Shown here: positions 56,448-64,000 of the stretch, piece after piece
How positions within the stretch are numbered: the stretch's first letter is position 1
How the letters are laid out: the number at the start of each line of letters is the position of its first letter
DNA from: Dehalococcoidia bacterium
GTDB lineage: Bacteria; Chloroflexota; Dehalococcoidia; Lucifugimonadales; CBDEGW01
NCBI GenBank assembly: GCA_965237935.1
Contig: OZ250168.1
Coordinates: 464,218-528,217 of the forward strand
Direction: 5' to 3'
DNA length: 64,000 nt
The notes under the pieces: generated by a model
The model's database searches: none
Seen by the model: only the letters and a program-made list of their open reading frames with translations
Told to the model about the DNA's origin: nothing
Made by a program: the position numbers and the translations under genes

Positions 56448-57650
56448 TTACCCCACATGAGGGTAGCGCCCCTCCATCAGGGGCGTGTGGCTGGCAGTCA
56501 GCAGTGGGACCTCCAGTAGCGCTGGGTCCTTCTCTATCTGCCGCACTAGAGGGTTCTCCGGCGTGAGGCCGTAGAGAGTGGTGTCTTCTACGCCCTTGAC
56601 CTGCACCAGTACCCTGAAATCGCCCAGACCTCCGGGCTTTGTCAGCTCCAGTATGCCCATGCGGTTGGCGTAATACTCCCTCTGGGACAATGTCCTGCTC
56701 TTCGCTCTCAGGGCCCACAGAAGGGCCTCGGCGCCCAGGTTCCGCAGGAAGTCACGCTGCGTCACCAGACCAAGAGTCGCCAGGCCGTGCTCTTCCCCCT
56801 CCCGCGTCAGCAGGGTGAAGTCCACGTGGGCGGTGATGTCCTGGCGGCCTATGCGCTGATAGGGGCTGGCGCCCGCGGTGTGCATGTAATAGCACTGCAG
56901 TGTGCCCCTTGACCTGGCCGGGGAGTACAGCTCCTCCTCAGTATGGCCGTAATCGATGGTGGCAACAAACCCTCGTTCCAGGGCCTCGACTACTTCTCCC
57001 ATCCAGGGGCTAATAGCCAGGTTGACCTCCCCCTTAAAGCCCTCAGGCAGACGCTGCCCGAGAGCTTCGAGACGCTCCGCCAACAGTGGAGTGGAGGGCT
57101 CGTCCAGCACCTCAATGTATTCCCCTGAGCGGTAGGCTACGTACACCTCCCGGAGCTTGTCTTCCTCAACCTGGAACCTGTGGACCGGGAAGGCGTCCAC
57201 CAGCTCGTTAGAGAGGATGCAGCCCACGACCCCTCTCAGCGGGACGCCCGCCGCCGCCAGTCGTTGCGGGAAGGACTTCCCTGGGCTGGCAGCTCTCCGG
57301 TCCAGCGACAGGTAGCAGAGAGACCGGCCGAAGTCGTCGCCTAGAGTAGCGCTATAGGAGAGGATGTCCTGGGCCAGCAGGCCGCTACCGGCGCCCAGCT
57401 CCACAGCGAAGAAGGGCTTGGGAGCGCCAAGCACCTCCCACATCTGCTTTAGCTGGATGGCTAGAAGGGCCCCGAAGGCTGGATGCGCAGCGGGGCTGGT
57501 GTAGTAGTCGCCGGCGGCGCCAACCCGCTCCCCCGACGTGTAGTACCCATCGAGGGGGTGAAACAGGGCCAGCTCCATGAACCTGGCGAAGGTTATCCTC
57601 CCCTGCCGCAAGATGAGGGATTGGATGGCCTGTTCGGCGGAGGTGGTCAT
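56448..57650 (-). CDS. SAM-dependent methyltransferase, MidA/NDUFAF7 (DUF185) family
   Basis: Start moved to ATG 57650 (MTTSAEQAI..ITFARFMELALFHPLDGYY). ELGAGSGLLA SAM motif. Confidence 0.8.
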   Translation of the reverse strand: MTTSAEQAIQSLILRQGRITFARFMELALFHPLDGYYTSGERVGAAGDYYTSPAAHPAFGALLAIQLKQMWEVLGAPKPFFAVELGAGSGLLAQDILSYSATLGDDFGRSLCYLSLDRRAASPGKSFPQRLAAAGVPLRGVVGCILSNELVDAFPVHRFQVEEDKLREVYVAYRSGEYIEVLDEPSTPLLAERLEALGQRLPEGFKGEVNLAISPWMGEVVEALERGFVATIDYGHTEEELYSPARSRGTLQCYYMHTAGASPYQRIGRQDITAHVDFTLLTREGEEHGLATLGLVTQRDFLRNLGAEALLWALRAKSRTLSQREYYANRMGILELTKPGGLGDFRVLVQVKGVEDTTLYGLTPENPLVRQIEKDPALLEVPLLTASHTPLMEGRYPHVG

Positions 57651-57768
57651 GGGCTTCGTTGGGACAGCCTCCAGAAAAACAGGTTTCCCCCCTATGGGAT
57701 AGGGAGGAAACGGTTGATTACCACGTAAGGAGTAGGTTGTGAGAAGAATAAAAGACGAGGCGCCCTCT

Positions 57769-57981
57769 CTACGAGTCGCCGTCAACCATTGGCACCTTTA
57801 CCACCGGAGCGTGCCTAAGCTCCACAGACTCCCGCTCCCACCCTGAGATAGGCACCGAGTTCCTGAACTCACTCTCCACACCGCAGAGCTTACATGTGCC
57901 GGTGCTGATGGGACCGTTGGGACTGTCGATCATCCAATGGTGTATACAGGTCTCTTCGATTTCGTCATGCTGCTCTAACAA
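57769..57981 (-). CDS. small Cys/His zinc-ribbon-like protein, hypothetical
   Basis: 70 aa. TTG start with AAGGAG 6 nt upstream. C-x-HH .. C-xx-C pattern (TCIHHWMIDSPNGPISTGTCKLCG). Confidence 0.5.
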   Translation of the reverse strand: MLEQHDEIEETCIHHWMIDSPNGPISTGTCKLCGVESEFRNSVPISGWERESVELRHAPVVKVPMVDGDS

Positions 57982-58036
57982 CCTTGTCTCCTTTTATCAG
58001 AGGTTGGGTCTCAAGAGTCTCCTTGGGCTTATCGCC

Positions 58037-59173
58037 TTACCCTCTTTCGCTTATAGATACGTACTCCAGGTCCATAGGCCCGTTGTACAAAAGGAGGGGG
58101 CGAATCAGGATGTTGTTTGTTAGCTGCTCCATGACTTGGACGGTCCATCCGGGCACTCGTCCCATGGCGAAGATGGAGATAAAGAGGTCTTCAGGGATTT
58201 CCATCAGGTGATACATGGCCCCGGAGAAGAAATCAACGTTGACACAGATGCCCTTGGAGGCGTAGGGCTTCATCACCTCCTCCACCTGGGTCAGGATCTT
58301 CAGCCACTTGGGCTGGCCCTTCCTTTCACCAAGTATTCGGACCTCTTCCCTTAGGTGGACAGACCTGGGATCGACCGTTCTGTATACCCTGTGGCCGAAG
58401 CCCATGATACGCCCGCCGTCCTCCAACACCTTCTTGGTGTATGACGCCGCATTCTCCTCGGAACCGATGTCCAGGGCCATGTTCATGACCTTCTCGGCGG
58501 CGCCTCCATGCCACGGGCCTTTGAGCACACCGATACCCGCGACGACGGCGGAGTGCAGGTCAGTGAAGGTGGACGCCGCCACTCGGGCGCCAAAGGCGGA
58601 GGCGTTGGACCCATGCTCCGCATGTAGGAGGAAGTCCTTGTCCAGGAGCTTGGCCTCGAAGGGATCTGGCTCCTGGTCGAAGAGCATGTAAAGGAAGTTG
58701 GCGGCGTGGTCCAGTTCAAGGTCCGGGGTTACTGGGTCATGTCCTGTCCTGATGCGATGATGGGCTGCGACTATGGTGGGCGCCTGGGCCGTTAGCCGGG
58801 CCCCTTTGCGCAGAGTCGCTTCGATGGAGTTGTCTTCTGTCTCCGGGTCAAAGGCCCCAAGGGCGGATACCGCCGTCCGCAGAACGTCCATGGGGTGCGC
58901 GTTCTGTGTTAGGCGGATGACATCTATTACTTCCCGGGGGACCGGCCGTGCCACCTTGAGGGTGGCATCGAATTCATCAAGCTCTTTCTGAGTAGGTAAC
59001 TTGCCGTGGAGAAGCAGGTAGATGGTCTCGACGAAGTTGGACTTTTCCGCTAGGTCATCGATGTTGTATCCCCGGTAGACCAGCTTGCCCGCCGCCCCGT
59101 CTATGAAGCTGGCGCTGCTCCTGTCCAGGTATACGTCCTTCAGGCCTCGCCTCAACTCTATCTTATCCGGCAT
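58037..59173 (-). CDS. gltA: citrate synthase
   Basis: 378 aa. LHAEHGSNAS and GFGHRVY catalytic motifs. Confidence 0.95.
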   Translation of the reverse strand: MPDKIELRRGLKDVYLDRSSASFIDGAAGKLVYRGYNIDDLAEKSNFVETIYLLLHGKLPTQKELDEFDATLKVARPVPREVIDVIRLTQNAHPMDVLRTAVSALGAFDPETEDNSIEATLRKGARLTAQAPTIVAAHHRIRTGHDPVTPDLELDHAANFLYMLFDQEPDPFEAKLLDKDFLLHAEHGSNASAFGARVAASTFTDLHSAVVAGIGVLKGPWHGGAAEKVMNMALDIGSEENAASYTKKVLEDGGRIMGFGHRVYRTVDPRSVHLREEVRILGERKGQPKWLKILTQVEEVMKPYASKGICVNVDFFSGAMYHLMEIPEDLFISIFAMGRVPGWTVQVMEQLTNNILIRPLLLYNGPMDLEYVSISERG

Positions 59174-59558
59174 TGCTTCCCATCATCTCCATGTCCGCAT
59201 CAGGGCGCAGGTTCTAAGCGTGAGGACTCCGGGGCTACTCGAAATCCGGTAGAGATGCAGCGTAAATCCAAGCGGTTCCTCGGATTCAGGCCACTTGGGA
59301 ATTAGGAACTTTGCGACAGACTGTCCAGCCATAGCTTCCCCAACCATGGCTGACTATCTACGGATGCAAGTTACCCAGGAGGCCTGCCTTATTGACCCTG
59401 TTGGAGAACAGGGCCCTTCCCTAGCTGAATGATATGCCTTTGGGCACCCTTCTGTCAATCCTGCGCTCCTAGTGGAGGGTCTGCCGCCGGTGCATGTGGT
59501 TATCACACCGCGCCATGTTGTGGGATAATAGGGCAGGACCCCTAGAGCGAGAGGTTGC

Positions 59559-60707
59559 ATGGGACAGTTGGAGCGACAAGTAAAGCAGTTGGCCTTGGAG
59601 CTGGGCTTCGATATCGTCGGCCTGGCCTCGGCGGAGCCTTTTATCCGGGATCGAGAGGCCACGCTGGAGCGCGTGCGCCAGGGACTGATGGACGGCCTGC
59701 CCTGGTTCACAGAGGAGCGGGTGCTGCGCGCCAGTAACCCTGGGTCATTGCTACCCGGTGCCAGGTCCATCATCTCCGTGGCCATGAGCTATCACACAGG
59801 CGAAGCCCGGTCGGACGACGCTGAATCTCGTGGCAGAGTGGCGCGGTACGCGTGGGGAGACGACTATCACAAGGTTATGAAGAAGCGCCTGCGCCAGCTT
59901 GCCGACTCCCTCGGGGAGCGACTGGGACGACCAGTCAAGGCACGCATCTTTGTGGACGATGGCCCGATGCTGGAGAGAGCAGCCGCTGAACGAGCGGGCA
60001 TAGGCTGGTTCGGCAAGAACGCCAATATACTGACCAGTACCCACGGCTCGTGGGTCTTCCTGGGGCAGGTAATAACGGACCTGGAGCTGGAGCCCGACGA
60101 GCCGTTAAAGAAGACCTGCGGAAACTGCCGGATCTGCATCGATGAATGCCCCACCGGGGCCATTGTCGCCCCCTACGTTATAGACAACACTCGCTGCATC
60201 TCCTACCTCACCATCGAGTGCAGGGGAGCCATCCCTCGTAAGCTGAGACCCCTGGTCGGCGACTGGGTTTTCGGGTGCGATATATGCCAGGACGTCTGTC
60301 CGGTCAACAGAAAGGCCCTCCAGAGCCGGGAGACCGGGTTCCAGCAGCGCCATGGCTTCGCCGCACCTTCGCTGATTCCCCTACTCAGCCTCACCGATGA
60401 TGAGTTCAGGGAACGGTTCAGGAACAGCCCCATCAAACGCGCCAAGAGGGTGGGCCTCCAGCGGAACGTCTGCGTTGCGCTGGGCAATATTGGCGACCCG
60501 GTGGCCATCTCGCCTCTGACAGCGGCCCTGTACGGAGCGGAGCCCCTGGTCAGGGCCCACGCTGCCTGGGCCCTGGGCCGCATCGGCGGTACGGAGGCGC
60601 TCCAGGCCCTGGAGAGGGCTCTGGGGCTGGAAGAGGACCAGGGGATACGAGAAGAGATTCGTCTGGCCTTACGGGAAGCCCAAGTCGCCAGTGGCGTGGG
60701 CAGTTAA
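59559..60707 (+). CDS. queG: epoxyqueuosine reductase QueG with C-terminal HEAT-like repeats
   Basis: 382 aa. Two 4Fe-4S motifs (CGNCRICIDECP, CDICQDVCP) and a typical QueG N-terminal half. Confidence 0.9.
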   Translation: MGQLERQVKQLALELGFDIVGLASAEPFIRDREATLERVRQGLMDGLPWFTEERVLRASNPGSLLPGARSIISVAMSYHTGEARSDDAESRGRVARYAWGDDYHKVMKKRLRQLADSLGERLGRPVKARIFVDDGPMLERAAAERAGIGWFGKNANILTSTHGSWVFLGQVITDLELEPDEPLKKTCGNCRICIDECPTGAIVAPYVIDNTRCISYLTIECRGAIPRKLRPLVGDWVFGCDICQDVCPVNRKALQSRETGFQQRHGFAAPSLIPLLSLTDDEFRERFRNSPIKRAKRVGLQRNVCVALGNIGDPVAISPLTAALYGAEPLVRAHAAWALGRIGGTEALQALERALGLEEDQGIREEIRLALREAQVASGVGS

Positions 60708-60761
60708 GCCGGTACGGGCCCTGGGACATCCACAGGCGAGGAAACCCTCTTTATAAATGCA

Positions 60762-60875
60762 TTGGTCCTGGGCGGGACTCGGTTCATTGGGCTTGTTCTG
60801 GTCAGGGAGCTGCTGACTCGGGGCCATCAGGTGACGGTTCTCAACATTCAGGGACCTACGCCAGATTCGCTTTGA
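60762..60875 (+). pseudogene. 5' remnant of an NAD-dependent epimerase/dehydratase gene
   Basis: (TTG)VLGGTRFIGLVLVRELLTRGHQVTVLN is a Rossmann GxxGxxG N-terminus. The frame ends after 37 codons, inside the 3' end of the convergent hydrolase gene. Confidence 0.55.
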
Positions 60876-61545
60876 AGAAGGCCAGGGTCCGCTGCCACGA
60901 GTCCTCGGCGGCTTCCTGCCGGTAGCTGGCCCTGGCGTCGGCGAAGAAGGCGTGGGGTGCGCCGCCGTAGATGTGCACTTCGTAGGACTTGCCGGCTTTC
61001 TCCAACGCCACAGCCAAGTCGGATGCGGTAGAGGGCGGGATGCCACCGTCGGCTCCTCCGTACAGCCCCAGCACAGGCCCTCGAAGGTTCTGCACCAGGT
61101 CTATGGGGTTTGGGTTGCCGCCATAATAGATGACTGCCGCGTCCACGTCGGCGCTCTCGCAGGCAGTCTGTATCGAGAGGCCGCCTCCCATGCAGTAGCC
61201 TACGGTGCCCACCTTGCCTGAAACGAAGGGCTGGGCCTTGAGGTGCCCTGCCGCCGAGGAGATCTCCTTAACGGCCCGGGGACGGTCCAAGCCCATTGCC
61301 AGCTTTCGGGCCTCATCTGGCTCCCCGGTGACCTGGCCGTGGTATAGGTCGGGCGCCACCGCCACAAACCCCGCCCGCGCAAACCGGTCTGCTATATCCT
61401 TGATGTGAGGCTCCAGGCCCCACCACTCCTGGATGACCACTACGCCGGGCCAGCGTCCCTCTCCCGAAGGTTTGGCCAGGTGGGCGGGCACTGTACCGCC
61501 GTTGACCTGTATCTCTATCGTGCTGGTCTGAATTTGCTGGGCCAT
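60856..61545 (-). CDS. dienelactone hydrolase family protein
   Basis: 229 aa. GYCMGG nucleophile motif and C-terminal HAF. Confidence 0.85.
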   Translation of the reverse strand: MAQQIQTSTIEIQVNGGTVPAHLAKPSGEGRWPGVVVIQEWWGLEPHIKDIADRFARAGFVAVAPDLYHGQVTGEPDEARKLAMGLDRPRAVKEISSAAGHLKAQPFVSGKVGTVGYCMGGGLSIQTACESADVDAAVIYYGGNPNPIDLVQNLRGPVLGLYGGADGGIPPSTASDLAVALEKAGKSYEVHIYGGAPHAFFADARASYRQEAAEDSWQRTLAFFKANLA

Positions 61546-61595
61546 ATCTTAACCTCCTACATTCTTGCTGCAATTTGATTGAGTTTTCTTGGGCC

Positions 61596-62570
61596 CTACT
61601 CTAAGTCCATCTCCTTCTTGATCTCTTTCACCGCCGTCATCATCGCCTTGAGCTTGTCTATCGCCTCCCCCTCCTGCCTGGTCTTAAGCCCGCAGTCGGG
61701 TTTTATGTAGAGGCGCTCCGGCGGAAATACCTCCAGGGCGGAACGTATACCCGCCTTGATCTGGTCTACGCCCTCTACCAGGTGGCTGTGGACATCCAGG
61801 ACACCCAGCGCAAGGATCTTGTTCGATGGGTGAGCCCTGAACAGTTCCATCAGATCGTAGTTGCTGTTGGCCATCTCCATGTCCAGCATATCTACGGGCA
61901 AGTTAACGATATGGTCGAAGACGGCGGCGAAGTCACCGTAGCACATGTGGGTGATGGTGGTGGCCTTGAGTCCCTTGGTAACAATGCCCAGGGCCCGGGA
62001 GGCCAGCTCCATCTCCTCGGGGCGAGTAGAGAGGGCCGGCTCATCAATCTGGATGTACTGGGCGCCAGCTCTCTCCAGGTCCAGGGCTTCCTCATGAAGG
62101 GCAGAGGCCACGTCCAGAACGAAGGCCTCCCGTGTGGGATAGTACTCGTTGAAGGACCAGTCACAGATGGTGTAGGGGCCCGTCAGCATGCCCTTGACAG
62201 GCTTGCTGGTGAGGCTCTGGGCAAACTTCCATGAGTCCACGGTCAGGGGCGCGGTCCTGGTCGCGGGCCCAGTGGCTATCGGCTTTCTGTAGTAGCGGTT
62301 GCCGTAGGAGCGCACCAGCCCGCTTATGGTGAACCCGGTCATGTACTCGGAGAAGTAAGTCACCATGTCGCCCCGGTTCATCTCGCCGTCAACCAGCACA
62401 TCCATCCCAAGCTCCTCCTGGACCTGGATCCATTGGGCGGTGGCCTTCTTCTCCAGCTCCTCCAGCTCTCCCTTGGACATCTGACCTCGGGCGACGCTAT
62501 TGCGGGCAGAGATGATGTAGTCCGGCTTGGGGTAGCTTCCTACGGCGGTGGTCAGGAGTCCCCTGCTCAT
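61596..62570 (-). CDS. MetE C-terminal-domain-like (catalytic, zinc-ligand-bearing) methyltransferase
   Basis: 324 aa. THMCYG (His, Cys), EMANS (Glu) and KPDCGLK (Cys) zinc-ligand positions are all present. Confidence 0.8.
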   Translation of the reverse strand: MSRGLLTTAVGSYPKPDYIISARNSVARGQMSKGELEELEKKATAQWIQVQEELGMDVLVDGEMNRGDMVTYFSEYMTGFTISGLVRSYGNRYYRKPIATGPATRTAPLTVDSWKFAQSLTSKPVKGMLTGPYTICDWSFNEYYPTREAFVLDVASALHEEALDLERAGAQYIQIDEPALSTRPEEMELASRALGIVTKGLKATTITHMCYGDFAAVFDHIVNLPVDMLDMEMANSNYDLMELFRAHPSNKILALGVLDVHSHLVEGVDQIKAGIRSALEVFPPERLYIKPDCGLKTRQEGEAIDKLKAMMTAVKEIKKEMDLE

Positions 62571-63541
62571 ACCTTCACCTCACGGGCCTTGTTTGCCGCC
62601 TCTACCAGCCGCTCCAGCTTGGCATAGGCGTTGGGTCGCGGCAGGAACTCTAGGCCGCAGCTAGGGTTGACGTGCAGTCGCTCCAGGGGAACGACGCGCG
62701 AAATTCTACCTATAGCCTCAACCACCTCCTCCACGGGCTCCATACGGGTGTTCCGGGCGTCCAGGATGCCGAAGCCCAGCTCCTTACCCTCTGGGAAATC
62801 GGTCACGAGGTCAAAGTTGGCCTTGCCCATCACGAAGTCCAGACCTATAACGTCGAAGGGCAGCCGCAAAAAATCCGGGTACAGCCCGGAGATATCTCCA
62901 AAGTAGGTGTACACAGCCGTCCTGGTCTGGACCCCTTCCGTCAGCACCCGTGCCGCCTCCTGAAACAGCGAGAGATCTGTTTTGTGCTTCAGGATGGCGG
63001 GCTCGTCGAACTGAATTATGGGGGCGCCAGCCTCGGCCAGGCTGCGAGCCTCCTGGTTCAGCAGCGACGCCAGGTCCATGACCATATCCCTCAGGTTCTG
63101 GTAGCAGCCGCACTGGGATAGCCTGGCCAGGGTGTAGGGCCCGGTGATGACCGCCTTGACGGGCCTGGGGCTGTGCTGAGCGGCGAACAGATAGTCCTCT
63201 TTTTCGATGGGGCCCTTCCGCTCCAGCCTTGCCTCGGCAACGGGTTGCCTATAGTAGGTGTTGGTGTCGAAGTAGCGGATGAGGCCCTTGAGGGCAAAGC
63301 CCTTAATCTTGGAGGCGAAGTAGGTCTGCCCATCGTCCCAACGAATGTGGCCGTCGGTAACAATGTCCAGGCCGGCTCTTACCTGCTCGTCGATGACCTC
63401 CCTGGTCACCTCCTCTTCGACCCTCCGTAGCTCATCCTGGGTGATTCTGCCGGTGTCGAAGCGGGAGATGGCGGTGCGAAGGCTGGGCGCCTTCGAGTCA
63501 GGGGATATCTTTGGGTAGTTACCGACGACTGTGGTGATCAA
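62567..63541 (-). CDS. MetE N-terminal-domain-like protein (no zinc ligands)
   Basis: 324 aa, TTG start. Same barrel layout as its neighbour but reads YTYFGD where the neighbour has THMCYG. 4-nt overlap with the downstream gene. Confidence 0.75.
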   Translation of the reverse strand: MITTVVGNYPKISPDSKAPSLRTAISRFDTGRITQDELRRVEEEVTREVIDEQVRAGLDIVTDGHIRWDDGQTYFASKIKGFALKGLIRYFDTNTYYRQPVAEARLERKGPIEKEDYLFAAQHSPRPVKAVITGPYTLARLSQCGCYQNLRDMVMDLASLLNQEARSLAEAGAPIIQFDEPAILKHKTDLSLFQEAARVLTEGVQTRTAVYTYFGDISGLYPDFLRLPFDVIGLDFVMGKANFDLVTDFPEGKELGFGILDARNTRMEPVEEVVEAIGRISRVVPLERLHVNPSCGLEFLPRPNAYAKLERLVEAANKAREVKV

Positions 63542-63578
63542 CTGTACCTCTTCCTTACGTAGTAAGCTGGCAGGTGAG

Positions 63579-63607
63579 ATAATAGTATCTCAAGGTCCCT
63601 TGGTCAA
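63579..63607 (-). promoter_or_regulatory. putative promoter of the MetE-like pair
   Basis: On the minus strand: TTGACC (63607..63602), 17-nt spacer, TATTAT (63584..63579). Leader is only about 35-40 nt. Confidence 0.45.
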
Positions 63608-63643
63608 TGCTTGACTATCCAGTGTAAGATGGGAACCCCGCTT

Positions 63644-64000
63644 CTAGGTAGTTCTTCTGCGCACGGCCAGCGCTCGAAGTTCTAAGGTAAGCCAAACGAA
63701 AGCCGCCAATGCGAGGCCGATTGGACCACCAACCCACACGAAACGGGAAGACTTGCCTTGTCGAAATGTCGAATTACTTGGATCCTCAGGATCATACTTA
63801 ACTAATCTGGTGCCGGGCTGACCCGCGGCGATATTTGTTTTGATGCGGCTTGCGTGAGATTCGGCAGGGGTCCGCCTGTCGTAGCGTGCCACTTGTCGTG
63901 AATCCGTAACGTACGAGCGATCATTCACACTGTAGATGTACCTGACCCTTACATCGTAGTTATCGCTACTATTCCTACCTCCTGAGTTTTTGTTTACTTT
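63644..64000 (-). CDS. DUF3592-like membrane protein; 5' end outside the window
   Basis: The frame stays open upstream of the track start to the window edge (..NYDVRVRYIYSVNDRSYVTD..VKYDPEDPSNS..). C-terminal TM helix. Visibly lower GC than its neighbours. Confidence 0.5.
   Translation of the reverse strand, partial: KVNKNSGGRNSSDNYDVRVRYIYSVNDRSYVTDSRQVARYDRRTPAESHASRIKTNIAAGQPGTRLVKYDPEDPSNSTFRQGKSSRFVWVGGPIGLALAAFVWLTLELRALAVRRRTT

Noticed and set aside
59174-59558. The long gltA/queG spacer as RNase P RNA or tmRNA. It has GAGGACTCCGGGGCT (vaguely CR-I-like), CTAGCTGAATGATATGCC (CR-IV-like) and a GGATTTCGA string.
   Set aside because: The obligatory GAGGAAAGUCCGG and ACAGAACCCGGCUUA elements are missing. 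The candidate span is too short for type A RNase P. There is no tRNA-like 3' end (GGUUCGAnUCC..CCA) for tmRNA.

Overview
This is a GC-rich bacterial chromosomal segment, tightly packed and mostly housekeeping. The gene content and order look like Chloroflexota or another Terrabacteria lineage, but that is a guess I cannot verify here. I found no rRNA, tRNA or CRISPR array.

Genes recognised from the translations, in order:
- An AroQ-like gene, cut by the left window edge.
- A small accessory patch at 0.4-4.4 kb: an orphan two-gene cassette, an ISNCY/IS1202-like insertion sequence, and a decayed Kelch-repeat gene.
- A PLP-dependent dehydratase and a D-aminoacylase.
- egtD and egtB (ergothioneine synthesis).
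- LmbE-type deacetylase and M20 peptidase genes.
- sufBCDSU.
- pyk, translationally coupled to an NDH-2 fused to a cNMP-binding domain.
- A NarL-type two-component pair.
- A three-gene SdhA/SdhB/CCG-type oxidoreductase.
- hpt (with an extra N-terminal domain) and aroE.
- dnaJ-hspR-clpC-type chaperone genes.
- yacL-ispD-ispF-cysS.
- secG, a yvcK-like gene and gatB.
- A NuoE/NuoF/FdsA-like/FNR cluster.
- A TauE exporter, an LLM oxidoreductase and a peroxiredoxin.
- gltA, queG, a dienelactone hydrolase and two tandem MetE-like genes.

Most notable observations:
1. A Bcp/PrxQ-type peroxiredoxin has an in-frame TGA exactly at the peroxidatic-Cys position, followed by a SECIS-like hairpin. It is probably a selenoprotein that ordinary ORF calling splits in two.
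2. The SdhA-family flavoprotein has lost the covalent-FAD His and two substrate-binding residues, yet keeps SdhB-like and HdrB/CCG-like partners.
3. The FdsA/NuoG-like molybdopterin subunit lacks the Cys/Sec-His pair and is clustered with NuoE, NuoF and an FNR.
4. Several domain arrangements are unusual: PD-(D/E)xK-like + HPRT, NDH-2 + cNMP-binding, and MetE split into two genes.
5. A minimal CHAT/caspase-fold protein sits in the orphan cassette next to the IS.
6. There is a promoter-driven orphan small-RNA candidate and a MITE-like 130-bp insertion.

All homology statements are by-eye motif recognition, not database searches.
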